Shown: positions 53,502 to 63,233, counted from the stretch's first letter. The stretch: DNA of 64,000 nucleotides from an uncultured Chloroflexia bacterium (GCA_963734535.1 CAVTHS010000007.1:128001-192000); one strand, 5' to 3'. Notes: generated by a model not told the origin, from the sequence alone. Made by a program: numbers and translations.

Positions 53502-55091
53502 GTGACCGATCCGCTTGCAGTCGCGCTTGAGCGGGTCATCCGGCTCGCCTCGGACCTGGCAGGCGCCTGGAGCACCCGGGCGCGCGCGTCCACGACGGTG
53601 GCCCGCGAACGTGCGATCCTCCGCCTCTTCGGCGTGGCGGGGCTCGACCACTCGGGCGTGCCGCTCGCGTCGGCGGTCGTGGAGCGCGCGATGGGCGAGG
53701 ATCCGGCCCGCCTCGGCAGCGGGATCGCCCTCCCGTTCGCGATGGCGCTGCTCGAATACGACATCGCCCCGCAGCAGCTTGCGCTCGACGTCGCGAACGG
53801 GGCGATCGACCTCGCGTTCGAGGCACAGCTCCTGGCCGACCCCGAGCGACGTTCCGCCGCCGAGGCGGAGGTCCGGCGCATGGCGGCGCTCGCGGTGGAG
53901 CGCATCGACGCGAACCGCACCGCGCGCCGGGAGACCCTGGCGGTCGTCGGCGAGACCCCCCGCCCGTGGATCGGCGCGACGCTGGCAGCGCCGGGCCTTG
54001 ACACGGCACCGGACGAGGCCGAGGAGCTGATCGACGCGGGAGCCGACCTCCTGCGCATCCGCGTCCCGGCGATCCGCGAGCTCGCAATGCGGCTCCACGA
54101 TCGCGGGATCGATTCGCACGACTGGCGTCCCCGCCCATCGGGCACCCATGACCCGGAGGAGGATCCCGCGGACGTCCCGACGGGCAGCCAGCGCGCGCTT
54201 GCCACGCTGCGGGCGCGCGTCGATGAGGCCGCCGCGGAGGCGCGCCGCTACGTCCGGCTCTCGAGCGTGGCCTCGGCCCTCGCCGCACCGGAGCAGGCGC
54301 TGGTCGCCGCCCTCGAGCGGATCGACGTCGTGGAGGCAGATCCGATCGCCGAGATCGTCGCCGACGGGGTGGACCCGGACCGGGCGCTCGCCGACCATTC
54401 GTTCGGCCATCGGCTCCTGCGTCGCGCGGGCACGCTTGTCATGATCGGGCCGGGGCCGCTCGTCGTGGCCCCCGACCTCGCCACGGGCGTGCCCGCCAAC
54501 GCCGCGACCCGGGCGGGCCGCGCCTTCGCGATGCAGGCGTTGTCGGTCGCCTTCGCGCTCGCAGACGGCGTCCCGGAGGAGCAGCTGATCGCGGGCGCGC
54601 TGACGCCCTGGCTGGCCGGCGAGCCGAACCCGGCGACACAGGCGCTCGCGACCGTAGCGCTTCAGCGCAGCGCCTGGCCGTCCACCTGGCTCGCGTTCGA
54701 GGAGCCGGCCGCATCGGGCGCGATCGCTGCGCGATGGCCGTTGCTGCTCGCGCTCGGGCTCGCGATCTCCGGCCCGTCCGCCATCGTGGTGCGAACTGCT
54801 CGTCGGGCGGAGCTCCCTTCGATCGTCACGTCGACGCGCGCGACGGCCGCCCTCGCGACGGAGCTGGTGGCGACGCCGGCGGAGTCGCTGACCCGGCCGG
54901 CCGTGGCGGCCCACGCCGCGGCGCTGCTCGCGGCCGCCGCGACCACGCTCGAGCGACTGGGCGACGAGGGTTGGAGCGCCCTGCTGGGCGAGCCGCTGGG
55001 CGGGGTCGGGCGACCCCGCCTGGGTGCGACCGCCGTGACGGAGCAGACCGAGCCGTTCGACACGCTGACCGACGCGCTCGGCGGGGGCTGA
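53502..55091 (+). CDS. Divergent D-lysine 5,6-aminomutase alpha-subunit (KamD)-like protein
   Basis: TTVARERAILRLFGVAG...VPL, GADLL, YVRL, ERIDVV, GVPEEQL, colinear with KamD as recalled. Confidence 0.7.
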   Translation: MTDPLAVALERVIRLASDLAGAWSTRARASTTVARERAILRLFGVAGLDHSGVPLASAVVERAMGEDPARLGSGIALPFAMALLEYDIAPQQLALDVANGAIDLAFEAQLLADPERRSAAEAEVRRMAALAVERIDANRTARRETLAVVGETPRPWIGATLAAPGLDTAPDEAEELIDAGADLLRIRVPAIRELAMRLHDRGIDSHDWRPRPSGTHDPEEDPADVPTGSQRALATLRARVDEAAAEARRYVRLSSVASALAAPEQALVAALERIDVVEADPIAEIVADGVDPDRALADHSFGHRLLRRAGTLVMIGPGPLVVAPDLATGVPANAATRAGRAFAMQALSVAFALADGVPEEQLIAGALTPWLAGEPNPATQALATVALQRSAWPSTWLAFEEPAASGAIAARWPLLLALGLAISGPSAIVVRTARRAELPSIVTSTRATAALATELVATPAESLTRPAVAAHAAALLAAAATTLERLGDEGWSALLGEPLGGVGRPRLGATAVTEQTEPFDTLTDALGGG

Positions 55092-55144
55092 TCCGCGCCG
55101 CCGGTTGGGCGACCTCGCGGCGAATCCCGCGCTCGCGGTCGCGC

Positions 55145-55185
55145 CAGGCGCTCGCGGCCAGGCGCTCGCGGTCAGGCGCTCGCTG
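55145..55185. repeat. 14-bp tandem repeat x3 spanning a stop codon
   Basis: CAGGCGCTCGCGG at 55145 and 55159, variant at 55173. Confidence 0.75.
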
Positions 55186-55696
55186 GGCCGCCCTTCCGGG
55201 CCTCTTCGACCGCGCCCAGCGCGTCGCGCAGGCGCCCGATCCATTCGCTCTCGTGCTCGCCGACGAGCTTGACGCACCAGGCGAGCGCGTCGCTCCGGCT
55301 GCGGGCCACGCCGGCCTCGACGAGCGTGTCGAGCACCATCCGCTCCGGTTGGCGGAGGCGCGTCATCGCCGGGATTCCTGCCGTCGTGAAGAGCGTCCGC
55401 TCTCCGCCGAGGACGACGCCCCAGGAGACGATCTTGCGGAATCGATGCTGGGCATCCTCCGCGATGGCCATCCGGGTGCCGCGGCTCTCGTCGCGGAATC
55501 GCTCGATGCGCGACGCCCGTGCAGCCGCGCGCGCCGCATCACTGGCGTCGGCGGGCAGCTCGATGTCGGCGAGTGTGCCGACCACCAGGATCTCCTCGCG
55601 GTCGACCGTGATCTCCGGGGCTCCGGTGAACCAGCCGTCGGTGAGGCGCCCGGCGAACCAGCCGGTGATCTCGTCATGGGTTGCGTGCTGTGACAT
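55172..55696 (-). CDS. Conserved hypothetical protein (possible C-terminal ribbon-helix-helix)
   Basis: WFAGRL, DREEILVVG, PAMTRLRQPERMVLDTLVEAGVARSRSDALAWCV. Confidence 0.75.
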   Translation of the reverse strand: MSQHATHDEITGWFAGRLTDGWFTGAPEITVDREEILVVGTLADIELPADASDAARAAARASRIERFRDESRGTRMAIAEDAQHRFRKIVSWGVVLGGERTLFTTAGIPAMTRLRQPERMVLDTLVEAGVARSRSDALAWCVKLVGEHESEWIGRLRDALGAVEEARKGGPASA

Positions 55697-55955
55697 TGGG
55701 ATAACGCTCCTGCGTGAACGGTAGTGGCCCCGTCGGGCGTGGGCCAGTAGGGCGTGGCAGATTACATCATTACTCGAAATCCGTGCAACGAGCCGGGTCG
55801 CCATGCCGGTGATCGCCGCGGGCCGTCCTCGGCGCGGCCCTCGGCGCGGCCCGCGGCGTGTCCGGTGGCCGCGGCCGATGGGTGCCGGCGCGCGTCGTGT
55901 ACTAGGCTGAGTCCCGGAAGCCGGGACGGATGTGCGCCCCGCCAAAGGAGGCGAT

Positions 55956-56876
55956 GTGACCAGGTCCGTTCTGCTCTGGATGGCCCGCAACCCCTGGCTG
56001 CGCGGGCGCCTGCCGCGCCTCGGGTTCGTGCGCCGGGCGGTTCGACGCTTCATGCCAGGCGAGGACGCGGAGTCGGCCTTCATCGCGGCCGCGGGGCTGG
56101 CTGCCAGCGGGCAGGGGATCCTCTTCACCCGGCTGGGCGAGAACCTGGCCGAGCTCGCGGAGGCGGACGAGGTCGCGGCCCACTACCGCTCGCTGCTCGA
56201 TCGCGAGGCGTTGCTGCCGCACCCGCCAGAGCTCTCCGTGAAGCCCACCCAGCTCGGGCTCGACATCGATGCCGAGGCCTGCTTCCGGCACCTGGACGCC
56301 CTCGCTGCGCGGGCGGGCGAGGCCGGCACCTGGCTCTGGCTCGACATGGAGGGCTCGACCTACGTCGACGCGACGCTGGACCTCTACGAACGCCTCCGGG
56401 CGGCCCATCCCAACGTGGGGATCTGCCTCCAGGCGTACCTGAAGCGGACGCCGGCGGACCTGCGCCGCCTCCTGCCGCTCCGGCCGGCCGTGCGGCTCGT
56501 GAAGGGCGCCTACGACGAGCCCGCGGAGATCGCCTTCCGCCGTCGGCCCGAGGTGGACGCGGCGTACCAGGCGCTCGCCCTCGTGCTGGCGGAGGCAGCC
56601 CGGGATGGTCGCGCCCGTTGCGCGCTGGGAACGCACGACAGCGGCCTCGTCGAGCGGATCGCGGCATTCGCCGATTCGACGGGGGTGGCACGCGGGTCGC
56701 TGGAGGTGCACATGCTGTACGGCATCCGCGCGCGCGAGCTGGCAAGGCTCAACGCGGCAGGCTTCCCCGCGTCCACGCTGATCGCCTACGGCGCCTTCTG
56801 GTACCCGTGGTACATGCGCCGGCTCGCCGAGCGGCCCGCAAACGTCCTCTTCGCGCTCCGGCAGCTTCTGCCGTAG
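55956..56876 (+). CDS. Proline dehydrogenase (monofunctional)
   Basis: RFMPGE, SVKPTQLG, LDME, QAYLKRT, RLVKGAY, GTHD, MLYG, YMRRLAERPAN. Confidence 0.92.
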   Translation: MTRSVLLWMARNPWLRGRLPRLGFVRRAVRRFMPGEDAESAFIAAAGLAASGQGILFTRLGENLAELAEADEVAAHYRSLLDREALLPHPPELSVKPTQLGLDIDAEACFRHLDALAARAGEAGTWLWLDMEGSTYVDATLDLYERLRAAHPNVGICLQAYLKRTPADLRRLLPLRPAVRLVKGAYDEPAEIAFRRRPEVDAAYQALALVLAEAARDGRARCALGTHDSGLVERIAAFADSTGVARGSLEVHMLYGIRARELARLNAAGFPASTLIAYGAFWYPWYMRRLAERPANVLFALRQLLP

Positions 56877-56900
56877 GGCGTCGTCGCCTCCGACGCCCCT
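56875..56900. terminator. Hairpin between convergent genes
   Basis: AGGGCGTCG-loop-CGACGCCCCT; no U-tract. Confidence 0.45.
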
Positions 56901-56960
56901 CAGACCGTTTGCGTCTGCGCCGTCGCGCCGGCGCCGTCGCGCCAGGCCGGCTCGCTGGGC

Positions 56961-58548
56961 CTAGTGGACGCGCGACTCCAGGCCCGTCCAGAACGGTTCG
57001 CGCAGCTCCGTCTTCAGGATCTTCCCGGTCCCGCCCTTGGGAAGGGCGTCGCGGAAGTGGATCTCACGCGGCACCTTGAAGCGTGCGAGCCGCCCGCGGC
57101 AGAAGAGCTTCAGCTCCTTCGCGCTCGCCTCCATCCCGGGCTTGAGCACGACGAGCGCCACGGGTGCCTCGCCGAACGTGCCGTCCGGCGCGGCGACGAC
57201 GGCGCACTCGAGGACCGAGGGATGGGCGGCCAGCGCGTTCTCCACCTCGACGGACGAGATGTTCTCGCCCCCACGGATGATCACGTCCTTGGAGCGGTCC
57301 TTGATCAGGACATAGCCGGCCTCGTCGAGCGTGGCCATGTCGCCCGTGCGAAGCCAGCCGTCGCGCATGGCCGCCGCCGTTGCATCCGGATCGCGGTAGT
57401 AGCCGGCCATGACGCTGTTGCCGCGCACCACGATCTCGCCGATGCGCTCGCCGTCCGGCCGGACGTCGCGCCCCTCGCTGTCCACGACGCGGAGCTGGAC
57501 GCCCGGGATCGGCCAGCCGGTGAGCGCCTGGCGCTCGTGGCGGCGCTCGGGCGGCTCGGCGTCCGTGAGGACCTGGCGTGGCAGCGCCAGCGTGAGGATC
57601 GGAGCCGTCTCGGTGAGGCCATACCCCACGATCGCCTGCACGCCCAGCTGCTCCTCGAGCGCGTGCACCAGGGCCGGTGAGGCCGGCGAGCCGCCGATGA
57701 TCACCTGGCGAAGGCTGGAGAGGTCGAAGCTCGGACGCTCGTGGTGATGGACGAGCGCGTTGAAGATCGCCGGCACCGCGAGCAGGCGCGTCACGTGATG
57801 GCGCTGGACGAGCTCCATGAGCGCCGTCGGATCGAAGCGCCGCAGCATGACGTGGCGGCCGCCGACCATCGTGAGGAAGTGCGGGACGCCCCAGCCGTTC
57901 ACGTGGAAGAGCGGCACCACGTGGAGGATCACGTCCTCCTCGCCGAACCCGAGGGAGATCTGGGCGTGGACGGAGTGGAGGTACAGCTCCCGGTGGGTGA
58001 GGGCGACTCCCTTCGGCAGGCCCGTCGTGCCGCTCGTGTAGAAGAGCTCGGCGGTGGCGTTCTCGTCGACCTGCGGGCGGCGCGGCTCCGGGGAGCCGCC
58101 CGAGAGGAGCGCTTCATACTCGTCGCTCGCGATGCCGCCCGGCTCGTCCTTCCAGGATCACGAAGCGCGGTCGCGTCGTGAGCTCGGGGACGATCGCCTC
58201 CACGAGGGGCAGGAAGTCCCGGTGGAATGCCACCAGCTTCGAGCCGGCGTGGTCGAGGATGTAGGCGATCTCGCGCGGGGTGAGCCTGATGTTGATCGGG
58301 TTCAGCACTGCGCCCGCCTCCAGGACGCCGTAGTAGGCCTCCAGGAGGTGGTGCGTGTTGTAGGTGATGAACGAGACGCGATCCCCAGCCCCGATCCCCA
58401 GCCCCAGGAGCGCGTTCGCGAGCCGATGCGTGCGCTCGGCGTATGCGCGGTAGGTGAACTGCTGCTCGCCATCGATGATGCCGACCTTGTCGCCGAAATA
58501 GGTCGCGGCTCTGTCACGGAACTCGAGGACCGAGAGCGGCACGAACAC
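56961..58548 (-). CDS. Long-chain fatty acid-CoA ligase (AMP-binding), frameshifted
   Basis: FYTSGTTGLPKGV, PLFHVNGWG, YGLTE, GWLRTGD, DRSKDVIIRGGENISSVEVE, GKILK. Confidence 0.9.
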
Positions 58549-58684
58549 CGGGAACCTCCATGCTCGACGGGCGCCGTCGCAGGCCGCAAGTGTCGCGCAC
58601 CCGGCCCGCTCCGTCACGCGCCATCGCACCCCACGGGCATGCGGCGCGATGGGAACGCCCGGCCGCGGGCGTATCGCCTCCCAG

Positions 58685-58718
58685 GTTAGTTGTCATATGA
58701 CAAGTAACGTGGTAGTCT
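58685..58718 (+). promoter_or_regulatory. Sigma-70-type promoter overlapped by a 24-bp palindromic (probable MarR) operator
   Basis: TTGTCA-N17-TAGTCT; GTTAGTTGTCAT|ATGACAAGTAAC. Confidence 0.75.
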
Positions 58719-58724
58719 CCGGTG

Positions 58725-59200
58725 ATGAGCGACGACGCCGCAACAATCGAAGCCGTCGACGTGCTCGAGCTCATGGCACGGGCAACGATCGACGTGACAA
58801 CGCGGGTCCTCGCGGATGCCACCCCCGGTCTCGACCTGAGCCTGCTCCAATGGCGCGCGCTCGTGGTCATCGGGGACGATGCGACCGGTGCCCGGGTCGG
58901 CCGGGTCGGCGAACGGGTCGGCGTCCCGCTTCCGGCCGCCAGTCGCCTCGTGCAGCGCCTCCGGCGGCGTGGGCTGGTCCACCTCGAACGGGATTCCGAC
59001 GACGGGCGCGCCACGCGCGTCCGGCTGACGCACGTCGGCCACCAGACCCGTTCGAGCGTTCTGGCCCGCCGCCGCCACCTCATCTCCGAGGCTCTCGGCC
59101 AGACGCTCCTGCCCGCCGAGGCGGTCCAGGGGCTCCGCGTCGTGGCCGAACGCTTCGATCGACTGGGCCGGGAGACCCCGGCTCCGCGCACTGGGCCCAC
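58725..59200 (+). CDS. MarR family regulator (end approximate; reads in frame into the next ORF)
   Basis: LSLLQWRALVV, ASRLVQRLRRRGLV, DGRATRVRLT. Confidence 0.85.
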
Positions 59201-59222
59201 CGGGGGCCCGGAAAGGGGAACC

Positions 59223-59486
59223 ATGAACGAGTCCGATACGCACCAGACGATCAAGACCGGCACCTTCGCCGAGGGCGAAGAGACGACTCCCGAGAAGGAC
59301 GCCGAGGATCGCGTTCTGCATCGCGGCAGCTTCGCGTCCGGCGAGGAGACCAAGCCCGAGGAGAATGCCGAGCGACGCATCCATGGGCGCGGCGGGTTCG
59401 CCGTGGGCCAGGAGGAGGATCCGAAGGACGACGCCGAGAAGCGCGCGCATCCCGGCACCTTCGGCGACACGAAGCCAACGGCCTGA
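59223..59486 (+). CDS. Small acidic repeat protein
   Basis: Strong RBS GAAAGGGG; four G(T/S/G)F(A/G) repeats. Confidence 0.65.
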   Translation: MNESDTHQTIKTGTFAEGEETTPEKDAEDRVLHRGSFASGEETKPEENAERRIHGRGGFAVGQEEDPKDDAEKRAHPGTFGDTKPTA

Positions 59487-59655
59487 TCTGCTGCGTGTCC
59501 GGCTCGGGGGCCGGACGCTCGAACCCTGGCCCCACGGCGGCCCGCCGGGACCGACGTGGGGCCCCTGTCCGGAGGAGCAACCCCTGCGCAACGCCCGACA
59601 GGGGACGCTGGGCCCTGCGGCTCGTCGCGCCCCGCTCCCGGCAGGATCTCGGTGG

Positions 59656-60030
59656 TCAGGACACCTGCTGGACGAGCCGGTGGGGACGCCGCGCCCGGCT
59701 CGGGACGTCGATCCATCCGAGGAGCAGGAGAGCGTGGGGGATCGAGACGGCGCCGAGTCGCTGGTAGAGCGACGAGAGGTTGTTCTTCGCGGTCGAGTAG
59801 CTGATCCTCAGGCAGTACGCGGCCTGCTGGACGCCCCCGTGCTGGCAGACCTCCGCGAGCACCTCGAGCTCACGACTGCGGGGTGGCGTCCCGAACTCGG
59901 ATCGGGGTCCGAAGCCACCGTGACCGTCGACGACGTCGTGGAGGACGACCGCAGCGAGCTGCCGGCGGAGGCGACGCGCCCTGGCCTGGGCCGCATCACG
60001 GGCTCGCTGCTCGTCGTTGCGGCGGCTCAT
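59656..60030 (-). CDS. LuxR-type HTH protein
   Basis: RELEVL...AAYCLRISYSTAKNNLSSLYQRLG. Confidence 0.7.
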   Translation of the reverse strand: MSRRNDEQRARDAAQARARRLRRQLAAVVLHDVVDGHGGFGPRSEFGTPPRSRELEVLAEVCQHGGVQQAAYCLRISYSTAKNNLSSLYQRLGAVSIPHALLLLGWIDVPSRARRPHRLVQQVS

Positions 60031-60320
60031 TGGCTGAGCGCCTCGCCGCGCAGGTCGCGGATCGTCGTGTTGCTGACGTCGTGGGTCCGGCTCCGTTCGC
60101 CCGGCTGCCAGTTCGGGCACCGCCATGCGAAATTCGGGCCGAACTCGCCGGTGTCGCGATCGTAGCCGTCGCCGGCGTGGTACCAGCGCATGCCGGCGCC
60201 GCACCGGCCGCAGAACCGCCACGGGAGACCGTTTCGCGTGGGGGTCGTCGTGGCGACGGGGGTTCGAAGGGGGATTGGTCGGCCTGACGCCCTCTGGGCG
60301 CCGCTGTCGAGTGCTGACAA
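60027..60320 (-). CDS. Small Zn-ribbon-like protein
   Basis: GGAGGAGG RBS + TTG; FCGRCG...WRCP...H; ATGA overlap with the LuxR gene. Confidence 0.55.
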   Translation of the reverse strand: MSALDSGAQRASGRPIPLRTPVATTTPTRNGLPWRFCGRCGAGMRWYHAGDGYDRDTGEFGPNFAWRCPNWQPGERSRTHDVSNTTIRDLRGEALSQ

Positions 60321-60652
60321 CCGTCGTGCCTCCTCCCTACCGGGGCGTCGCGAGACGATCGCGACGAGCGGTGGAACGGGGACGGCAATCGAGATCGACC
60401 CGACTTCGAAGCGCTGGGGTTTGGGTCTGGGCAAGTTCCGGGCAAGCCTGACGCCGTCCTGGTATTGCGGGCCCTGGCACATCGCCACGCTGGACCTGAT
60501 GCCCCCTCGCGGGGGTCGTCACCCGAAGGGGGCGATCGACGTCGCGGAGTATGCCACCACTTGTCCCGCGGCGCCCTCGAGGTCGCGGACATCTCGACCG
60601 CGGCCCAGCGGCGACGCGCCCGCCGATCGTCGCTCACGCGGCCAATTCTGTG

Positions 60653-60684
60653 ACTTGCGCAAGTACGCAAGAACCTGCTAGGAT
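60653..60684 (+). promoter_or_regulatory. Promoter with inverted repeat (probable ArsR operator)
   Basis: TTGCGC-N18-TAGGAT; palindrome ACTTGCGCAAGT and CTTGCG-N6-CGCAAG. Confidence 0.6.
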
Positions 60685-60732
60685 GACGCCGTCGCCGCGC
60701 GGCGCATGACCAGTCGAGGAACCGCCAGGACC

Positions 60733-61098
60733 ATGCAACCGACCCAACCGACGCTCGAGCACTACCGGCTGCACGCTGACGTCTGCCGGGTCCTGACGGA
60801 CCCGAAGCGCCTGATGCTGATCGCCGCCCTTCGGGCGGGCGAACGGTCAGTCGGTGAGCTTGCGCTGGAGATCGGGGCGGCTCTTCCGAACGCGAGTCAG
60901 CACCTCGCGGTCCTGCGGACGGCCGGGCTCGTCGAAGGCCGGCGGGTCGGAACCACGGTGGTCTATCGGCTGGCGGAGCCCGCCATCACCGACGCCTGCG
61001 ACATCATCTCCGCGATCGTTGCCCGCCGGGTCGGGCGCTCGGTGATCCCATCTGCCGGGCACGCGCCCGACGCCTCCCTTCCTGGCATCCAGAGGTGA
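60733..61098 (+). CDS. ArsR/SmtB family regulator
   Basis: [29 protein letters not shown]. Confidence 0.9.
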   Translation: MQPTQPTLEHYRLHADVCRVLTDPKRLMLIAALRAGERSVGELALEIGAALPNASQHLAVLRTAGLVEGRRVGTTVVYRLAEPAITDACDIISAIVARRVGRSVIPSAGHAPDASLPGIQR

Positions 61099-61102
61099 CC
61101 GC

Positions 61103-61510
61103 ATGACCGTTCTGACCAGCTTCACGTTCGGAACCCGGCTTCCGGGGACGATCGCCAGCGTGCGACCGAGCGTCGAGGCCGCGCTCAAGGCCGAGGGCTT
61201 CGGCATCCTCACCGAGATCGACGTGCAGGCGACGATGAAGGCGAAGCTCGGCGTCGACCGGGCGCCCTATCTCATCCTCGGCGCGTGCAACCCGCCGCTC
61301 GCCCACCGGGCGCTCGAGGCCGATCCATCGACGGGCGCGCTCCTGCCGTGCAACGTCGTCCTCCGCGAGGATGCCGGCGAGATCGTGGTGGAGGCGATGG
61401 ACCCCATGGCCGCCCTCGGAATCGTCGACGCCCCGGGCGTCCGCGCGGTCGCGGAAGAGGCGAAGGCACGCCTGGTCCGGGCGATCGACGCGCTCGCGGC
61501 GGGCGCCTGA
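61103..61510 (+). CDS. DUF302 domain protein
   Basis: [25 protein letters not shown]. Confidence 0.9.
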   Translation: MTVLTSFTFGTRLPGTIASVRPSVEAALKAEGFGILTEIDVQATMKAKLGVDRAPYLILGACNPPLAHRALEADPSTGALLPCNVVLREDAGEIVVEAMDPMAALGIVDAPGVRAVAEEAKARLVRAIDALAAGA

Positions 61511-61583
61511 CGCACCCCATTCCGGAGGCCGCCGCGCCCGACGCGACGACCGCCCAAAGGAACCCTGGACGGAGATCCACCTC

Positions 61584-62102
61584 ATGGCTGTCAAGACGGC
61601 ATCCGTCACGCTGGACGGGTTCGACCTCCGCTTCGTCGCCACGTCCGGCAGCGGGCACACGTTCGTCCTGGACGACGGCAAGGGAGATGCCGGGCCGCGC
61701 CCAGCTGAGCTGATCCCGATGGCGCTGGCCGGCTGCACGGCGATGGACGTGATCTCGATCCTTCGCAAGAAGCGCCAGGACGTGACGCGGTACGAGGTGC
61801 GCGCCGAGGGTGTGCAGATGGACGAGCACCCGAACGCGTTCACCCGCATCGACGTCCTCCACGTGGTTGAGGGGTCCGGGGTCGACGTGGACGCGCTGCG
61901 CCGCGCGATCGAGCTCTCCGCGACGAAGTACTGCAGCGTCGGCGCGACACTGGCGGCCGGCATCACCGAGATCCACCACGCATATCTCCTGCGCGGCGAC
62001 GACGGCTCCGAGCGGACGGCCGAGGTCCTTGTCCTCGGTCCTGGTGCCGATCCGGTCGGGACCGTAGCCCGGGTGCCTGCCGCGGCCGCCGCGGCAGGCT
62101 GA
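61584..62102 (+). CDS. OsmC/YhfA family protein
   Basis: GPRPAEL, LAGCTAMDV, LSATKYCSV. Confidence 0.9.
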   Translation: MAVKTASVTLDGFDLRFVATSGSGHTFVLDDGKGDAGPRPAELIPMALAGCTAMDVISILRKKRQDVTRYEVRAEGVQMDEHPNAFTRIDVLHVVEGSGVDVDALRRAIELSATKYCSVGATLAAGITEIHHAYLLRGDDGSERTAEVLVLGPGADPVGTVARVPAAAAAAG

Positions 62103-62145
62103 ACGTCCGACCCCGCTTCCCACCTACTCGAGGGAGACAATCACG

Positions 62146-62727
62146 ATGTCCAGCAAGCGCAAGAGCCGCCAGGCAACCGCGACCGCGCCGCGCCCGGGCG
62201 GCTCCACCGGGCGGTCGGGTTCCGCGAACCGCAATTCGGCCGGGTCGGGCACCACCCGTCGGTGGGTGCTGCTCGGGTCGGCGCTCGCGGTGGCGCTCAT
62301 CGCGGCGGTCGCCGGCTGGGCGGTCCTCTCCGGTCAACCCGGCACAGGCAGCACAGGGTCAACCGGGGAACGGCAGGGGACCGTGATCCAGGCGAACGGT
62401 GGCCACTGGACCAACATCACCCCGGACACGCTCGCCTCGATGCTCGTGAAGAAGGACTTCACGCTCCTCAACGTGAAGACGCCGTACATCGGCGAGATCG
62501 CCGGGACCGATCTCTACGTCCCGTACACGGACCTCGCCGCCCGCGCCACGGAGCTGCCCGCAGACAAGGGCGCCAGGATCGTCGTCTACTGCCGGAGCGG
62601 CAACGAGAGCGCGATCGCGTCGCAGACCCTGATCGATCTCGGCTACACGAACATCGACAACCTCGATGGCGGGATGAACGCCTGGACCGCGACCGGCCGC
62701 CAGCTCGTGCAGCTCAACCGCGGGTGA
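62146..62727 (+). CDS. Membrane-anchored rhodanese domain protein
   Basis: N-terminal TM, IVVYCRSGNES, LGY, LDGGMNAW. Confidence 0.9.
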   Translation: MSSKRKSRQATATAPRPGGSTGRSGSANRNSAGSGTTRRWVLLGSALAVALIAAVAGWAVLSGQPGTGSTGSTGERQGTVIQANGGHWTNITPDTLASMLVKKDFTLLNVKTPYIGEIAGTDLYVPYTDLAARATELPADKGARIVVYCRSGNESAIASQTLIDLGYTNIDNLDGGMNAWTATGRQLVQLNRG

Positions 62728-63233
62728 TCGGCTGCTTTGCCGCCCTGCGGCTCGATCGGCGCTTCTTCGCCTGGGCCGGCGCATGGGCGCTCGGTTCGCT
62801 GGTCGCCTTCGGGTTGGTTGCCGCGATCATCCCGAACCCGGTCTTCGGGCGGCAGATCCCGCCCGAGCCGTTCGCGATCGCCGTGTGGCTCCTCTCGGCA
62901 CCGTTGATGGGTCTCCTCGGCGCCACCTATACGGCGGGCGCGTTGCCCGCGCCCGCCGCCGAGAACGCGCTGCCGCTCGTGCTCAGCGCAGCCGGTGACG
63001 TGGACGGCCGGCAGGGGACCACGATCGGGACCGCGGCGAGCCTTGGTGCCTTCCTTGCCATCGGCTGCCCGGTCTGCAACAAGATCGCGCTTGTCCTGCT
63101 GGGCACGAGTGGGGCGATGACGGTCTTCGCGCCGATCCAGCCGATCCTCGGGGCGGCGTCGCTCGTGCTCCTGGCGGGCACGCTCGCCTGGCGCTTCCGG
63201 CTCCGGGCGCGCGGAGGAGCCTGCCCGGTCTGA
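62724..63233 (+). CDS. Membrane protein with GCPVCNK motif
   Basis: 4 TMs, IPNPVFGR, AIGCPVCNK, C-terminal ACPV. Confidence 0.75.
   Translation: MIGCFAALRLDRRFFAWAGAWALGSLVAFGLVAAIIPNPVFGRQIPPEPFAIAVWLLSAPLMGLLGATYTAGALPAPAAENALPLVLSAAGDVDGRQGTTIGTAASLGAFLAIGCPVCNKIALVLLGTSGAMTVFAPIQPILGAASLVLLAGTLAWRFRLRARGGACPV

Noticed and set aside
59495-59540. GCTCGAACCC resembling a reverse tRNA T-arm
   Set aside because: No cloverleaf or acceptor stem; only a GC hairpin after a stop codon.
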